From the IMG/VR virus record IMGVR_UViG_3300049811_000099, positions 1 to 61,909 of that record: a stretch of 61,909 nt of DNA, one strand, 5' to 3'. The position numbers and the translations under genes were made by a program. The DNA comes from a virus. This document shows, one piece after another, positions 15,753-24,920 of the stretch (positions within the stretch are counted from its first letter, which is position 1; each line of letters begins with the position of its first letter). The notes under the pieces were generated by a model. That model was not told where the DNA came from. It saw nothing but the letters and a program-made list of their open reading frames with translations, and searched no databases.

Positions 15753-16022
15753 CCATCACCTCGTGCGGGGTGACCTGCAAGCCTTGGCCATCCCCTCGTG
15801 CGGGGTGATCTGCAAGCCCTGACCATCCCCTCGTGCGGGGTGATCTGCAGGCCCTGTCCATCCCCTCGTGCGGGGTGATCTGCAGGCCCTGTCCATCCCC
15901 TCGTGCGGGGTGATCTGCAGGCCCTGGCCATCCCCTCGTGCGGGGTGATCTGCAGGCCCTGGCCATCCCCTCGTGCGGGGTGATCTGCAGGCCCTGGCCA
16001 TCCCCTCGTGCGGGGTGACCTG
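15753..16022. repeat. 35-bp tandem repeat, about 7.7 head-to-tail copies (ccatcccctcgtgcggggtgatctgcaggccctgg), each with the internal palindrome CCCC-tcgtgc-GGGG
   Basis: Copies mapped at 15753, 15788, 15823, 15858, 15893, 15928, 15963 and 15998. The period is not a multiple of 3, and all three minus-strand frames are open only as a repeat artefact. Confidence 0.95.
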
Positions 16023-16025
16023 TTT

Positions 16026-16705
16026 CCTGAATCAAGCTCTGCGGCATGTTGACCCGACCGCGGCATGCCCGCTAATCGGGTCTGCAGCATAGCCCGCGAT
16101 GCTTCAGGCTAGGGGGCATGCACCCATGCCGATATCGTGGCGCCTAGACCCGTTTCCGTGATTCCTAGACCCTATGCCGCAGGGCAAGCATGGGGGCCGA
16201 CGGGTCCTTCCGGGTGGCGGCCGAGCCGGGCGGGGGCGCAGAGCCCCGATTTGCAGAAATTTGTGAAAAACGGCTTAAAAGCAGTTCATTGCATATGTCC
16301 CTGAACCCTGAATCAAGCAGATCGGGCTTGTTTGATTGCTGAATCAGTTCGAGAGCGCAGTCTGATCCAGGAATCAGGCACAGCCGTTCAACTGATTCAT
16401 GGATCAAGCAACGGTCGGCCAAGTGATTCATGGATCAAACAGTGCCCCAACGTACTCAACGTAACCTGAAAAGGGCGTTTCCAAGTCGCTGCCGGCTCGG
16501 AAATTTTTTATTTTCTTCCCGCGTGCGCCGACTTAGAAATAGGGGTTTTGAGGTACAACAGGTACAGATAGTGATTCAGGAATTGACCCGTGGTCGGGTC
16601 GTGCGTGATGTTCTCGATGTACCTGAAAAAGCAAAGCCGCCCGAAGGCGGCCGTCGCAAAAGTGGGGCTCTGATTCCTGATTTAGAGTGATTCAGCAATC
16701 AACTT
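16026..16705. other. Candidate replication origin region: seven imperfect 14-bp palindromes TGATTS-NN-SAATCA, two CCTGAATCAAG half-sites and an AT-rich patch (16501-16519)
   Basis: 14-mers at 16333, 16363, 16393, 16424, 16572, 16671 and 16688. The region is adjacent to the 3' end of the primase-helicase gene. Confidence 0.45.
16625..16651 (-). terminator. Rho-independent terminator GCCGCC-ttcg-GGCGGC followed by TTTGCTTTTT, downstream of the primase-helicase gene
   Basis: Read on the minus strand, about 30 nt after the stop at 16682. Confidence 0.6.
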
Positions 16706-19213
16706 GCGCCGCTGGGCGATGAACTCGCGCACTTGCCAAGCGTCGGTCGTCACCACACCCTTCGCCCCCGTGGACGTGAAGACATGCGGCACTCGGGTAT
16801 AGAACGTGTGGATCACGCCTTCCCCAAGTCGGACCTTCCCGATTCCTGAATAGCCGTCTCGCTCCAGCATCGCCGACATCAACTTCGGTCCAGGAACATC
16901 CATCCCGCGCATGTGCAGCATGTCCGACAGCACCGTCACGTCGAGCAGGTCGTGGCTGATCTCGGGCGTCTCGTTCTCTTCGATGATCTCGTCAAGCGCC
17001 AGGATGAACTCGGGCTTGCTCTTGCGAATCATGGTCTTCTTGGCCGCGGTGAAGGGGGCATCACCGAGCGGGTTGAAGCTTTCATCCTGCTGGTGGTCGA
17101 GCAGCCACTGCCGCAGAGCACCAGCCGACTCATTCAGCGTGGCGTAGAGCTTCGTGTAGTAGGTGGGGTTGGCTTCCTTGAACCTCAGCAGTTCAGTCCT
17201 GCGCTGCCACTGCGAGAAGAGCACGAGGTAGCGCCGGCCGTCGTCATCCAGCGGCAGCGCATCCTGGTAGTTCGAGAACAACAAGTACGAGGTCGTGTTG
17301 ATGGCGTTGAACGAAGCCGCCCCCAATGGCCGCACCTCGATCACGTTGTTCGTGATGTAGGGCTTCATCTTGTTGATGGCTTCCCACTTGTCCTGCCCCT
17401 TGGTCGAGACGATCCGAATCTCTTCCACGCAGCACAGGCATTGCCCGTAGGCCCAGTTGGTGAAGTGGAACTTGATCAAGGTGTTTGCGTTGACCATGGT
17501 GACATTCGACACCCCCATGACCGTCCGCATCAACTCGGCGAAGAAGGACTTGCCGTCGCCCTCGACACCCTGCAGCAGGATGGCGTAGTTGGCGTGCTTG
17601 CCCGGGTTCTGGACGATCCATGACAGCCAGTCGAGGAACATCCGCTGCTCCCGCTGGTCAGGTAACAGATGAGCGATGTGCGCTCGCACACGCTCGACGT
17701 TCTTCTTGTCTCGCGGCAACTGCACTTCTGGCTTGGCGGGGATCTCGTGCTCGGGGTAGGTGTTCGCGAACGTGCCATCGGCTTCGTGGAACACGCTGTC
17801 TCGGCCGGGCATGTAGCGCCGCCCGTCTACGGTCGGAATGCGGTACATCGTCAGACACAGATCGCTTGCCGAGCGAGTCGGCGTCTGTAGCCCATTGAGG
17901 ATGTCCTGCTTGGTCAAGGCGTACCTGTCGTACATCGCGTCGAACCCTTGCTTCGATGTCGCGATCTTCCGCTCCAGGTGGTAGAACTTGTCGTCGCTCA
18001 CGTCGTAAACCCAGTTCTCGGCCCACGACGGCATCTTGTCGTTCTTCTTTGGGACATACGAGATTGCCTTGCGGATCTCGACGAGTGAGGTCTTCGTGCC
18101 GGTGATCGAGTCTCTGCGGTCCTTCGCAATGACTGCCAGCGTCGAGCGGGACAGACCGTCGATCTCGGCTTCACGTGCCATCTGGCGAGCCTTCTCCCAC
18201 TCACTCAAGTCCTTCGCGTTGGTGAAGGCGTCGCGGAGCTTGATCGACAACTCCTGGACGGTCTTCTCGACGGCTTCCTTGGACAGCCGCAGGATGAATC
18301 GCGCCGTCAGTGGGGCACGCTTCTTTCCTTGAATGCCGAATGTCGGCCAGTGGCGCTCCAGCGCGTCAGGGTCGTAGTTGTCTGCGGTCTCGGACCATTC
18401 ATTCCACAGGTCGAAGCCGGTGCGGTCGCCGTCGTACTGATGGTAGAGAGCCATCCCGACCTGAAACCACAAGTCGTAGTCGTCCGAGCCCGGCACCATG
18501 AGCAGACGGGAGCGAAGTTCTTCGTCACTGATCTCGACAGCGTGGCTATCCTCGATGAAAGGGTTGTCGTGGTCGATCTTGCCGCTGGCGCTGGGCGCCT
18601 TGCGGTCGGCCTTCACCAATTCCCACCCGCTGCTTTCCGCGTGGGTCTCGAACTCCGCGATCAACGTCTCGATGGCGTCCATTGAGACTTCCTGCAGATC
18701 GCTCGCCCGCACGGTCAGCGGGGACACGTCGCCCACCCACGTGTAGGGCTTGCCGGTGTCAGGATGAATGTGGAACGCGACGAACTGCTGGCCGTCCCCG
18801 AGCACTTCTATGAGTTGCTTGTCACCCCACTCGTCCCGATAGACCTTCGAGCGCCGCTTGCGGAAGGGCTCGGTGGTTCGGTACAGCAACAGGCGCTTCG
18901 GCGCCCGGCCGATCCGCACAGGTGCCTTGCCCATCAACTCAATGCAGCGGCGCTCGAACTGCAGGGCAGTAGCCTCATCCATGCAGTCGATGTCGATGGC
19001 GCACGTGTACTTCGTCAGAATGCCGACCCCGGCATTCTTGAAGCCCGAGTCGAGCCACGAGTCAACGGTCGTCTTGGAGGGCTTGGAGTGTTGCCAGCCG
19101 TCGAACCCTGGAGCCTTCTTGCCCTGCTGGATCGGGACGACGGTGTAGCCTTGGTCGATCAGCGCATGTCCGTGCAGCGCCAAGAAGTTGCGTGTGATGG
19201 TGCTGTCAGACAC
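16682..19213 (-). CDS. Primase-helicase (N-terminal prim-pol, PriCT-like middle, P4/D5-type SF3 helicase C-terminal domain)
   Basis: VVPIQQGKKAPGFDGWQ and GILTKYTCAIDIDC (prim-pol). DDYDLWFQVGMALYH (PriCT-like). Walker A GVEGDGKS and Walker B LCCVEE. 843 aa. Confidence 0.85.
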   Translation of the reverse strand: MSDSTITRNFLALHGHALIDQGYTVVPIQQGKKAPGFDGWQHSKPSKTTVDSWLDSGFKNAGVGILTKYTCAIDIDCMDEATALQFERRCIELMGKAPVRIGRAPKRLLLYRTTEPFRKRRSKVYRDEWGDKQLIEVLGDGQQFVAFHIHPDTGKPYTWVGDVSPLTVRASDLQEVSMDAIETLIAEFETHAESSGWELVKADRKAPSASGKIDHDNPFIEDSHAVEISDEELRSRLLMVPGSDDYDLWFQVGMALYHQYDGDRTGFDLWNEWSETADNYDPDALERHWPTFGIQGKKRAPLTARFILRLSKEAVEKTVQELSIKLRDAFTNAKDLSEWEKARQMAREAEIDGLSRSTLAVIAKDRRDSITGTKTSLVEIRKAISYVPKKNDKMPSWAENWVYDVSDDKFYHLERKIATSKQGFDAMYDRYALTKQDILNGLQTPTRSASDLCLTMYRIPTVDGRRYMPGRDSVFHEADGTFANTYPEHEIPAKPEVQLPRDKKNVERVRAHIAHLLPDQREQRMFLDWLSWIVQNPGKHANYAILLQGVEGDGKSFFAELMRTVMGVSNVTMVNANTLIKFHFTNWAYGQCLCCVEEIRIVSTKGQDKWEAINKMKPYITNNVIEVRPLGAASFNAINTTSYLLFSNYQDALPLDDDGRRYLVLFSQWQRRTELLRFKEANPTYYTKLYATLNESAGALRQWLLDHQQDESFNPLGDAPFTAAKKTMIRKSKPEFILALDEIIEENETPEISHDLLDVTVLSDMLHMRGMDVPGPKLMSAMLERDGYSGIGKVRLGEGVIHTFYTRVPHVFTSTGAKGVVTTDAWQVREFIAQRRKLIAESL

Positions 19214-19499
19214 TCGCAGTCTCCTTGTTCTGCACGTCCAGCGGCTTCATCAACCACTCCCTCGGAAGCTCGCTCTTGCCAAGAGCCGCCTCGATCCGCT
19301 CGGCCATCGGGGCAGTGAACCACCCGCGGTTGATCGCGTTGAAGATGGACGAGTGATTGACCCCTGCGTCACGCGCGAGGTCGTGCATCGAGGTGCGCCC
19401 GTAGACGCGCAGGGTCGCGTGGCAGAGCATGAACTTCAGTCGTAGTTGTGCTCGCTTCTGTGGGCTGCGGTCTCGGTCGATCCACGGTGGGAAGTGCAT
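19206..19499 (-). CDS. HTH DNA-binding regulator (97 aa) upstream of the primase-helicase
   Basis: Start at ATG 19499 (MHFPPW). HTH-like TSMHDLARDAGVNHSSIFNAINRG. Overlaps the primase start by 8 nt. The ORF-track 19973 start is antisense to the MazG-like gene. Confidence 0.6.
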   Translation of the reverse strand: MHFPPWIDRDRSPQKRAQLRLKFMLCHATLRVYGRTSMHDLARDAGVNHSSIFNAINRGWFTAPMAERIEAALGKSELPREWLMKPLDVQNKETASV

Positions 19500-19545
19500 G
19501 GGGTGGCTCCAGACAGTGGGGCGCGAGTCTACACTCAACAAACAG

Positions 19546-19573
19546 TTGACGACATTCCAGAACGTGCTACAGT
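19546..19573 (+). promoter_or_regulatory. Rightward promoter TTGACG-16-TACAGT for the replication operon
   Basis: -35 at 19546-19551 and -10 at 19568-19573, in the divergent intergenic region. Confidence 0.55.
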
Positions 19574-19688
19574 CCATCCCGTCGTCGCGGCCCGAGCCGT
19601 GGCCAGTCGGCAGCGCAAGAGAACCGTTTAGCCGGTGATACCAAGCAACCGCGACGACACCCACACCCCCGAAACCCGGAGATCCCAC

Positions 19689-20198
19689 ATGCCGATTGAA
19701 GCCGTTCGCGAGAGCGAGATCGAACTTGTTGACGCCGTACGTGGCTTCATGCAGATCGGTGGGCAAACCACCGGCAAGATGAACGCCAAGCAGGCAGCCC
19801 TCTACACCGGGCTGCAACTTGAGGAAATGGCTGAGAAGATCGAAGCGATCATCGGCGGTGCCATCTTCCCCGAAGACAAGAGGCACCTCGACAACCTCGT
19901 GGTTGTACTGAAGAAGTACGCCGACGAGTTCAAGCAAGGTCATCACATGGGCGCCATTCTTCGCGCCGATCACGCCGAACTGATCGATGCGGACTTCGAT
20001 CTCGCGTGGGTTTCAATCGGCGGCGTGATGAGCACCGCGGCGGAGCCCGAGCGCGCCATTGCGCACGGCACCTACACCAACCTCGCGAAGTTCCCGGACG
20101 GCAAGTGCGTCCGTGACGCCAACGGCAAGATCCAGAAGCCGGCCGGGTGGACTTCGCCGAACTTCAGCGACTACACCGACCAGACGGTCTTTCTGTAG
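19689..20198 (+). CDS. MazG-like nucleoside triphosphate pyrophosphohydrolase
   Basis: ATG 19689 with GGAG 8 nt upstream. LQLEEMAEKIEA and ELIDADFDLAWVSIGG EExxE/D-type helices. C-terminal NLAKFPDGK..DANGKIQKPAGW is typical of phage MazG-like proteins. Confidence 0.65.
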   Translation: MPIEAVRESEIELVDAVRGFMQIGGQTTGKMNAKQAALYTGLQLEEMAEKIEAIIGGAIFPEDKRHLDNLVVVLKKYADEFKQGHHMGAILRADHAELIDADFDLAWVSIGGVMSTAAEPERAIAHGTYTNLAKFPDGKCVRDANGKIQKPAGWTSPNFSDYTDQTVFL

Positions 20199-20282
20199 TC
20201 GTCGATTCCACAGCCCGTTGAACTGGCCACGCAACGGACTGATTGCAACCCTGGCCACCCCCTGTAGCTACAAGGAAACCCC

Positions 20283-20615
20283 ATGTCCCTCGAACAAGCC
20301 ATCCAGGCCCTGACCGCCGCCGTCGAAGCCAACACCGCCGCGCTGAAGGGCGCGGGCGCCAGCAAGCCGGCTGCTGCGCCGGCTCCCGCCCCGGCCGCGA
20401 AGCCGGCTGCTGCCGAGTACGCCCCGAAGCACAGCAAGGAAGAGATGACTGCTGCCCTGAACGAGGTGAAGGAGCGGTTCGGCACGCCGGTCGCCAAGTC
20501 CATCGTCACCGACGTGGGCAAGGCCGCCAAGATGGCCGAAATCACCGACCCGAAGCTCATCGACGCTTGCTACGACGCCGCCAAGGCGAAGCTCGCGGAA
20601 GCTGAAGAGGTCTGA
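20283..20615 (+). CDS. Hypothetical protein (110 aa) with an Ala/Pro-rich linker
   Basis: AAGGAAA SD. Followed by two hairpins. Confidence 0.6.
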   Translation: MSLEQAIQALTAAVEANTAALKGAGASKPAAAPAPAPAAKPAAAEYAPKHSKEEMTAALNEVKERFGTPVAKSIVTDVGKAAKMAEITDPKLIDACYDAAKAKLAEAEEV

Positions 20616-20672
20616 AGCCTGTTTGCCGCAGCACTGCGGCAAGTCGGACCGGCGCCGTTCTAGGGCGGCGCC

Positions 20673-20757
20673 CATTCAAGCCATCACGCCGGCATCGCAC
20701 GGGCACATACCCGTTGTCGTAGCGGCCTGAGGATGTTTAGGCGTGATGACTTGAATG
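20673..20757 (+). other. Long-range inverted repeat (17 of 18 bp) enclosing about 50 nt; candidate structured RNA or processing site
   Basis: cattcaagccatcacgcc (20673-20690) pairs with ggcgtgatgacttgaatg (20740-20757). Inner stem ACGGG..CCCGT. Intergenic. Confidence 0.4.
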
Positions 20758-20832
20758 ATTGCCTAACGTGGGCTACTGGAGTGGCGATCAACAGCACCAA
20801 CAACACGAGCGCCGGGTTAGGCGTCACTCCCG

Positions 20833-22146
20833 ATGACTGAGCACCGCATTATCTTGGATCTCGTTGCACGCGCCAAGGACGGCAGTGGGCACTCCGTCTT
20901 CGGCGCCAGTGGCTCTCCGATGTTCCTTGCGTGCTCGGGCTCGCTGATCCCGAACGTCATGGCATCCGACGAGGCAGGCTTTGACGCCGCATGGGGCACG
21001 GTGGCTCACGGCATCACCGAGTTGTGGCTCAAGTCCGGTCGGCCGCCTGACCATCTTCTCGGAAAGAAGGAGTTCGTCGAGGCTGGTGATTGGGGGCACC
21101 TGATCAACATTGACGACGAGATGTTCTATCACGCACAGCGTTGCGTGGACGTATGCGAGTGGATGCCCGGCGATCACCTTATCGAAGAGCACGTCGATTA
21201 CTCGCACATCACGCCGATCCCGAATCAAGGCGGCACACTGGACTTCGCTGCACTCAATCCTGGTATCGCCTACCTGCGTGACCACAAGTTCGGCAACAGC
21301 CCCGAGAACATCGTCTACGCCGAAGAGAACCCGCAGTTGATGCTGTACGCCATCGGCGTCGTTCGTCGCTACCACGCCAAGTACGACTTCAAGGAGTTCG
21401 TGCTCGGCATCAACCAGCCGCGCTTGGATCACTTCGACGAGTGGACATGCTCGATGAAGCGACTGCGCGAGTTCGAGGAATACGCCCGCGAGCGCATGGC
21501 CGCAGCGTGGCAACTCGACGCACCTCGCACTCCGGGTCCAAAGCAATGCCGCTGGTGCAAGGTCAAGGCGACGTGCGGCGCCTACGCCAAGGTGATCGAC
21601 GACATGCTGTCGTCGGCATTCGTGGACGAGACGGTATCCGCAGAGTCCGTCGCCACGCTCAAGAATCGCCTGGAGGGCGGCTACAACGTCATTCCGGCGC
21701 CTGCCGCGGAACTCTCGACGCTGCACCTGTCGAAGTTGCTGCCCTGGCGCTCGACCATCGAGTCATGGCTCAAGTCGGTCGAGCAGGAACTACAAACTCG
21801 CGCGCTTCGCGGCGAGAAAGTGCCAGGGCACAAGATTGTCGAGAGCCGCACTCATCGCAAGTTCCGCGACCCCGAAAAGGTCAAGCGTGTCCTGCTGGAC
21901 GCCGGGCTCTCCCGCGATCAGATCATCACCGAATCAATGGTCTCACCGAACCAAGCTCAGGAGTTGCTGCGTCGCAAACTGAAGTTGAAGCCAAGTGAGA
22001 TTGAAGAACTCCTTGCCGGGCACATCATCAAGCCGCCCGGTGGAGCGACCCTCGTGCCGTTGAGTGATCGTCGGCAAGAGATGGTCGATGCAGCCGCTGT
22101 CGCGTTCACCGACAGCACCGTAACCCCTGAAGACGAGGAAATCTGA
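20833..22146 (+). CDS. PD-(D/E)XK nuclease, DUF2800/Cas4-like (recombination exonuclease)
   Basis: N-terminal CSGS, LDFAAL...LRDHKFG core and C-terminal CRWCKVKATCGAY cysteine cluster. Neighbours (DUF2815 SSB, polymerase, VRR-NUC, SNF2) fit the known module. Confidence 0.7.
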   Translation: MTEHRIILDLVARAKDGSGHSVFGASGSPMFLACSGSLIPNVMASDEAGFDAAWGTVAHGITELWLKSGRPPDHLLGKKEFVEAGDWGHLINIDDEMFYHAQRCVDVCEWMPGDHLIEEHVDYSHITPIPNQGGTLDFAALNPGIAYLRDHKFGNSPENIVYAEENPQLMLYAIGVVRRYHAKYDFKEFVLGINQPRLDHFDEWTCSMKRLREFEEYARERMAAAWQLDAPRTPGPKQCRWCKVKATCGAYAKVIDDMLSSAFVDETVSAESVATLKNRLEGGYNVIPAPAAELSTLHLSKLLPWRSTIESWLKSVEQELQTRALRGEKVPGHKIVESRTHRKFRDPEKVKRVLLDAGLSRDQIITESMVSPNQAQELLRRKLKLKPSEIEELLAGHIIKPPGGATLVPLSDRRQEMVDAAAVAFTDSTVTPEDEEI

Positions 22147-22147
22147 A

Positions 22148-22804
22148 GTGGCCACACTCGAAATCAAGAAGCGCGCGGCGAATGTCGTTTGGTACACCAA
22201 CGGCATGATCAAGATCGAGAACGTCCGGTTCTCGTACCCGCACCTGGACAAGCCCTACTCGGGCAAGAACCCGGACGGCTCGCAGGCCGGCAAGCCGAAG
22301 TTCGGCATCGTCGGCATGTTGCCGAAGAAGACGCACGCGGCTGCCAAGGAACTCATCGTCGAGGCGATGAACGAACTCCTGGCCGCCAACAAGGACGGCA
22401 AGGGTGTCACCCCCACGGTGAGCAGCGACAAGAAGTTCATCCGCAACGGTGACGACCATGAGAAGGCCGACACCTACGCCGGCCACTGGATCGTGTCGGC
22501 CCGCGAAGAGCGCCAGCCCAGCGTGCGTGACAAGCAGGCCAACCTCGTGACCGAGCCGGCCGCGATCAACAAGTTGATCTACGGCGGCGCTTGGGGCCAC
22601 ATCATGATCCGCCCGTGGTATCAGGACGGACAGAAGGTCGGCGCCGGCTACGGCAGGCGGGTCAACGCTGGCCTCGTCGGCGTGCAGTTCATCCGCGACG
22701 ACAAGCCGTTCGGGGAAGGCCGCGTGGACGACACCGACGCTTGGGCTGCCGAGGACGGTGGCAACGGTGGCGGCGACGGCATGGATGACGACGACGGTCT
22801 CTGA
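22148..22804 (+). CDS. DUF2815-type (T7 gp2.5-like) single-stranded DNA-binding protein with an acidic tail
   Basis: VRFSYPHLDKPY, KPKFGIVGMLPK and GHWIVSAR motifs. The Gly-rich then DDDDGL C-terminus is typical of SSB tails. Confidence 0.7.
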   Translation: MATLEIKKRAANVVWYTNGMIKIENVRFSYPHLDKPYSGKNPDGSQAGKPKFGIVGMLPKKTHAAAKELIVEAMNELLAANKDGKGVTPTVSSDKKFIRNGDDHEKADTYAGHWIVSAREERQPSVRDKQANLVTEPAAINKLIYGGAWGHIMIRPWYQDGQKVGAGYGRRVNAGLVGVQFIRDDKPFGEGRVDDTDAWAAEDGGNGGGDGMDDDDGL

Positions 22805-22836
22805 CGCGCCGCGCCTCCACAACCAGTAGAGAAGGG

Positions 22837-22866
22837 AACGCCCGGGTGATGCCGGGCGTTTTTCGT
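22837..22866 (+). terminator. Terminator or attenuator hairpin AACGCCCGG-gtgatg-CCGGGCGTT followed by TTTCGTT
   Basis: 9-bp stem and T-run immediately before the polymerase ATG. Confidence 0.55.
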
Positions 22867-22868
22867 TC

Positions 22869-24920
22869 ATGCCCAATTACCTCGAAAAGCGACCTTGCGC
22901 CGTCTTCGACTCCGAGGTCTTGCCCAACTACTACAGCATCGGCTTTCTGTCGGTCGAGGACGGCCGGCAGAAGGTCTTCGAGATGTTCCCGGGCCAGCCG
23001 CTCGACAAGGCCGGCATCGCCACGATCTGCCGCAAGTGGCGCATCTTCTCGTTCAACGGCATTGGGTACGACATTCCTTTGCTGTTGTTCGCCATGAGTG
23101 GCGCAAGCAACGAGGAACTTGTTCAGGCCAGTCAGGAGATCATTGAGTTCGGCACTCCCCATTGGGTCTTCATGGAGCGCCGCGGGCTGTCGATCCCGGA
23201 CTGGCTAGATCACGTTGACTTGATGCAGGTTAGCCCTGGCTACCCGACGCAGCCTAGCCTCAAGTTGCTCGGTGGCCGACTGCACTCCCGCAAGATGCAG
23301 GAGATGCCGGTTCACCACACGGACTGGATCAACGCAGGACTTAGGGCGGTTGTCCGCGGCTACCACGGCAACGATCTGGCGACGACGCGGGATCTGCTGA
23401 ATGACCTGAAGCCTCAGATTGACCTTCGCTCGGTGATGAGTCAGGAGTACGGCATCGACCTTCGCAGCAAGAGCGATGCGCAGATTGCCGAAGCGGTGAT
23501 CAAGGTCGAGATGGAGCGCCTGACCGGCCGCAAGTTCTACAAGCCCGACCCGGGCAACCTGGAGACCTCGTTTCGCTACAAGCCGCCTGCCTTCATTGAG
23601 TTTCAGACGGGCTACATGCGAAACGTGTTCGAGACCGTCAAGAACGCCGTGTTCTACGTAGACTCGAAGGGAATCATCCATCTACCCGACGAGTTGAAGA
23701 AGTTGCTGATCACGATTGGCGACTCGCAGTACCAACTAGGCAACGGTGGTATCCACTCGACAGAGAGTCAGATTACCCATCGGTCAGATGACGAGCATGT
23801 CCTGCTGGATCGAGATGTCACCAGTTACTACCCGTTCATCATCAAGAACCTTGCCCTGTATCCAAAGCACATCGGCTCGAAGTTTTTGGGGGTCTACTCC
23901 AGCATTATTCAGAGGCGCATTGAAGCCAAGATCAAGGGCGACAAGAACACTGCCGAAACGCTCAAGATTGTGTTGAACGGGAGCTTCGGCAAGTTTGGCT
24001 CTCCCTACTCAGTTCTCTACAGCCCTGACCTCCTGATCCAGACGACGATCACCGGGCAGTTGTCGTTGCTCATGCTGATCGAGCAACTCGAACTCATGGG
24101 CATGCCCGTTGTCAGCGCCAACACGGACGGTTTCGTCACCAAGGTGCCACGAGCACGCCGGGGCGACTTCTTGGCTGCAGTGACCGACTGGGAGTGGCAG
24201 ACCGGCTTCACGACCGAGGAAACCGAATACCTCGCGCTGCATTCGCGCGACGTGAACTCCTACATTGCCGTGAAGCGAGACGGGAAGACCGGCAAGGTGT
24301 CAGCAAAGCGCAAGGGTGCTTACACCGAAGCCGGCCCAGGGCTACCGGGCGCAGCGGGCCAGAAGAAGAACCCGGACATGGACATCTCGACTGATGCTGC
24401 CGTGGCTTACCTGACTCACGGCACGCTGATCGAGAAGACCATCCGGGAGTGCCAGGACATTCGGAAGTTTGTCACTGTGCGTCGAGTCACGGGTGGAGCC
24501 GAGCAGGACGGTCTGTACGTCGGCAAGACGATCCGCTGGTACTACGCCACTGGCAACCGGAGCCCCTTGGTCTACGTCAAAGACAAGAAGACCGTGCCGG
24601 CGAGCATCGGCGCGAAGCCGTGCATGGAACTGCCCGATAGATTGCCCGACGACATTGACTACGACCGCTACATTCGCGAGGCATACGCGATCCTTCAGGA
24701 CGTAGGGCTCGACGGCATTGACCCCGCGCTCCGTGGTCGCACTGGCACGTTCTTCGGCCTGCTGCCAAAGCAGTTGACCCTGCACATTGTCGATGCTGTC
24801 ACCGGCAAGGCTTTGTGCGGCAAGGAGCGTGATTCTGTGCGAGACGCCTGGAGGGAGTACCGGCACGTTCCTGAGGGTCGTCGGCTGTGCTCGAAGTGCA
24901 AGAAGGGGGATGCGCTGTGA
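22869..24920 (+). CDS. DNA polymerase with an N-terminal DEDDy 3'-5' exonuclease; polymerase motifs read as family-B type
   Basis: Exo motifs VFDSEV, FNGIGYDIPLL and YHGNDLATTRDLL. Polymerase motifs DVTSYYPFI (DxxSLYP-like), KIVLNGSFGKFG (KxxxNSxYG-like) and SANTDGF (DTD-like). Confidence 0.8.
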   Translation: MPNYLEKRPCAVFDSEVLPNYYSIGFLSVEDGRQKVFEMFPGQPLDKAGIATICRKWRIFSFNGIGYDIPLLLFAMSGASNEELVQASQEIIEFGTPHWVFMERRGLSIPDWLDHVDLMQVSPGYPTQPSLKLLGGRLHSRKMQEMPVHHTDWINAGLRAVVRGYHGNDLATTRDLLNDLKPQIDLRSVMSQEYGIDLRSKSDAQIAEAVIKVEMERLTGRKFYKPDPGNLETSFRYKPPAFIEFQTGYMRNVFETVKNAVFYVDSKGIIHLPDELKKLLITIGDSQYQLGNGGIHSTESQITHRSDDEHVLLDRDVTSYYPFIIKNLALYPKHIGSKFLGVYSSIIQRRIEAKIKGDKNTAETLKIVLNGSFGKFGSPYSVLYSPDLLIQTTITGQLSLLMLIEQLELMGMPVVSANTDGFVTKVPRARRGDFLAAVTDWEWQTGFTTEETEYLALHSRDVNSYIAVKRDGKTGKVSAKRKGAYTEAGPGLPGAAGQKKNPDMDISTDAAVAYLTHGTLIEKTIRECQDIRKFVTVRRVTGGAEQDGLYVGKTIRWYYATGNRSPLVYVKDKKTVPASIGAKPCMELPDRLPDDIDYDRYIREAYAILQDVGLDGIDPALRGRTGTFFGLLPKQLTLHIVDAVTGKALCGKERDSVRDAWREYRHVPEGRRLCSKCKKGDAL

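Noticed and set aside
15753-16022. The 35-bp repeats with an internal palindrome looked at first like a CRISPR array.
   Set aside because: The units are directly adjacent with no spacers, there are no cas genes, and the copies drift only at unit ends. This is a tandem (iteron-like) repeat, not a CRISPR array.
15698-16090. Three overlapping minus-strand ORFs (130, 113 and 81 aa) encode PARGDGQGLQITPHEGM repeats.
   Set aside because: All three frames are open only because a 35-bp unit (not a multiple of 3) lacks stops. There is no start context, and the three readings are mutually exclusive.
20763-20822. A 7-bp closing stem (GCCTAAC..GTTAGGC) that might indicate a tRNA.
   Set aside because: The element is only about 60 nt long and lacks a T-loop GTTCRANYC, D-arm features or a plausible anticodon arm.
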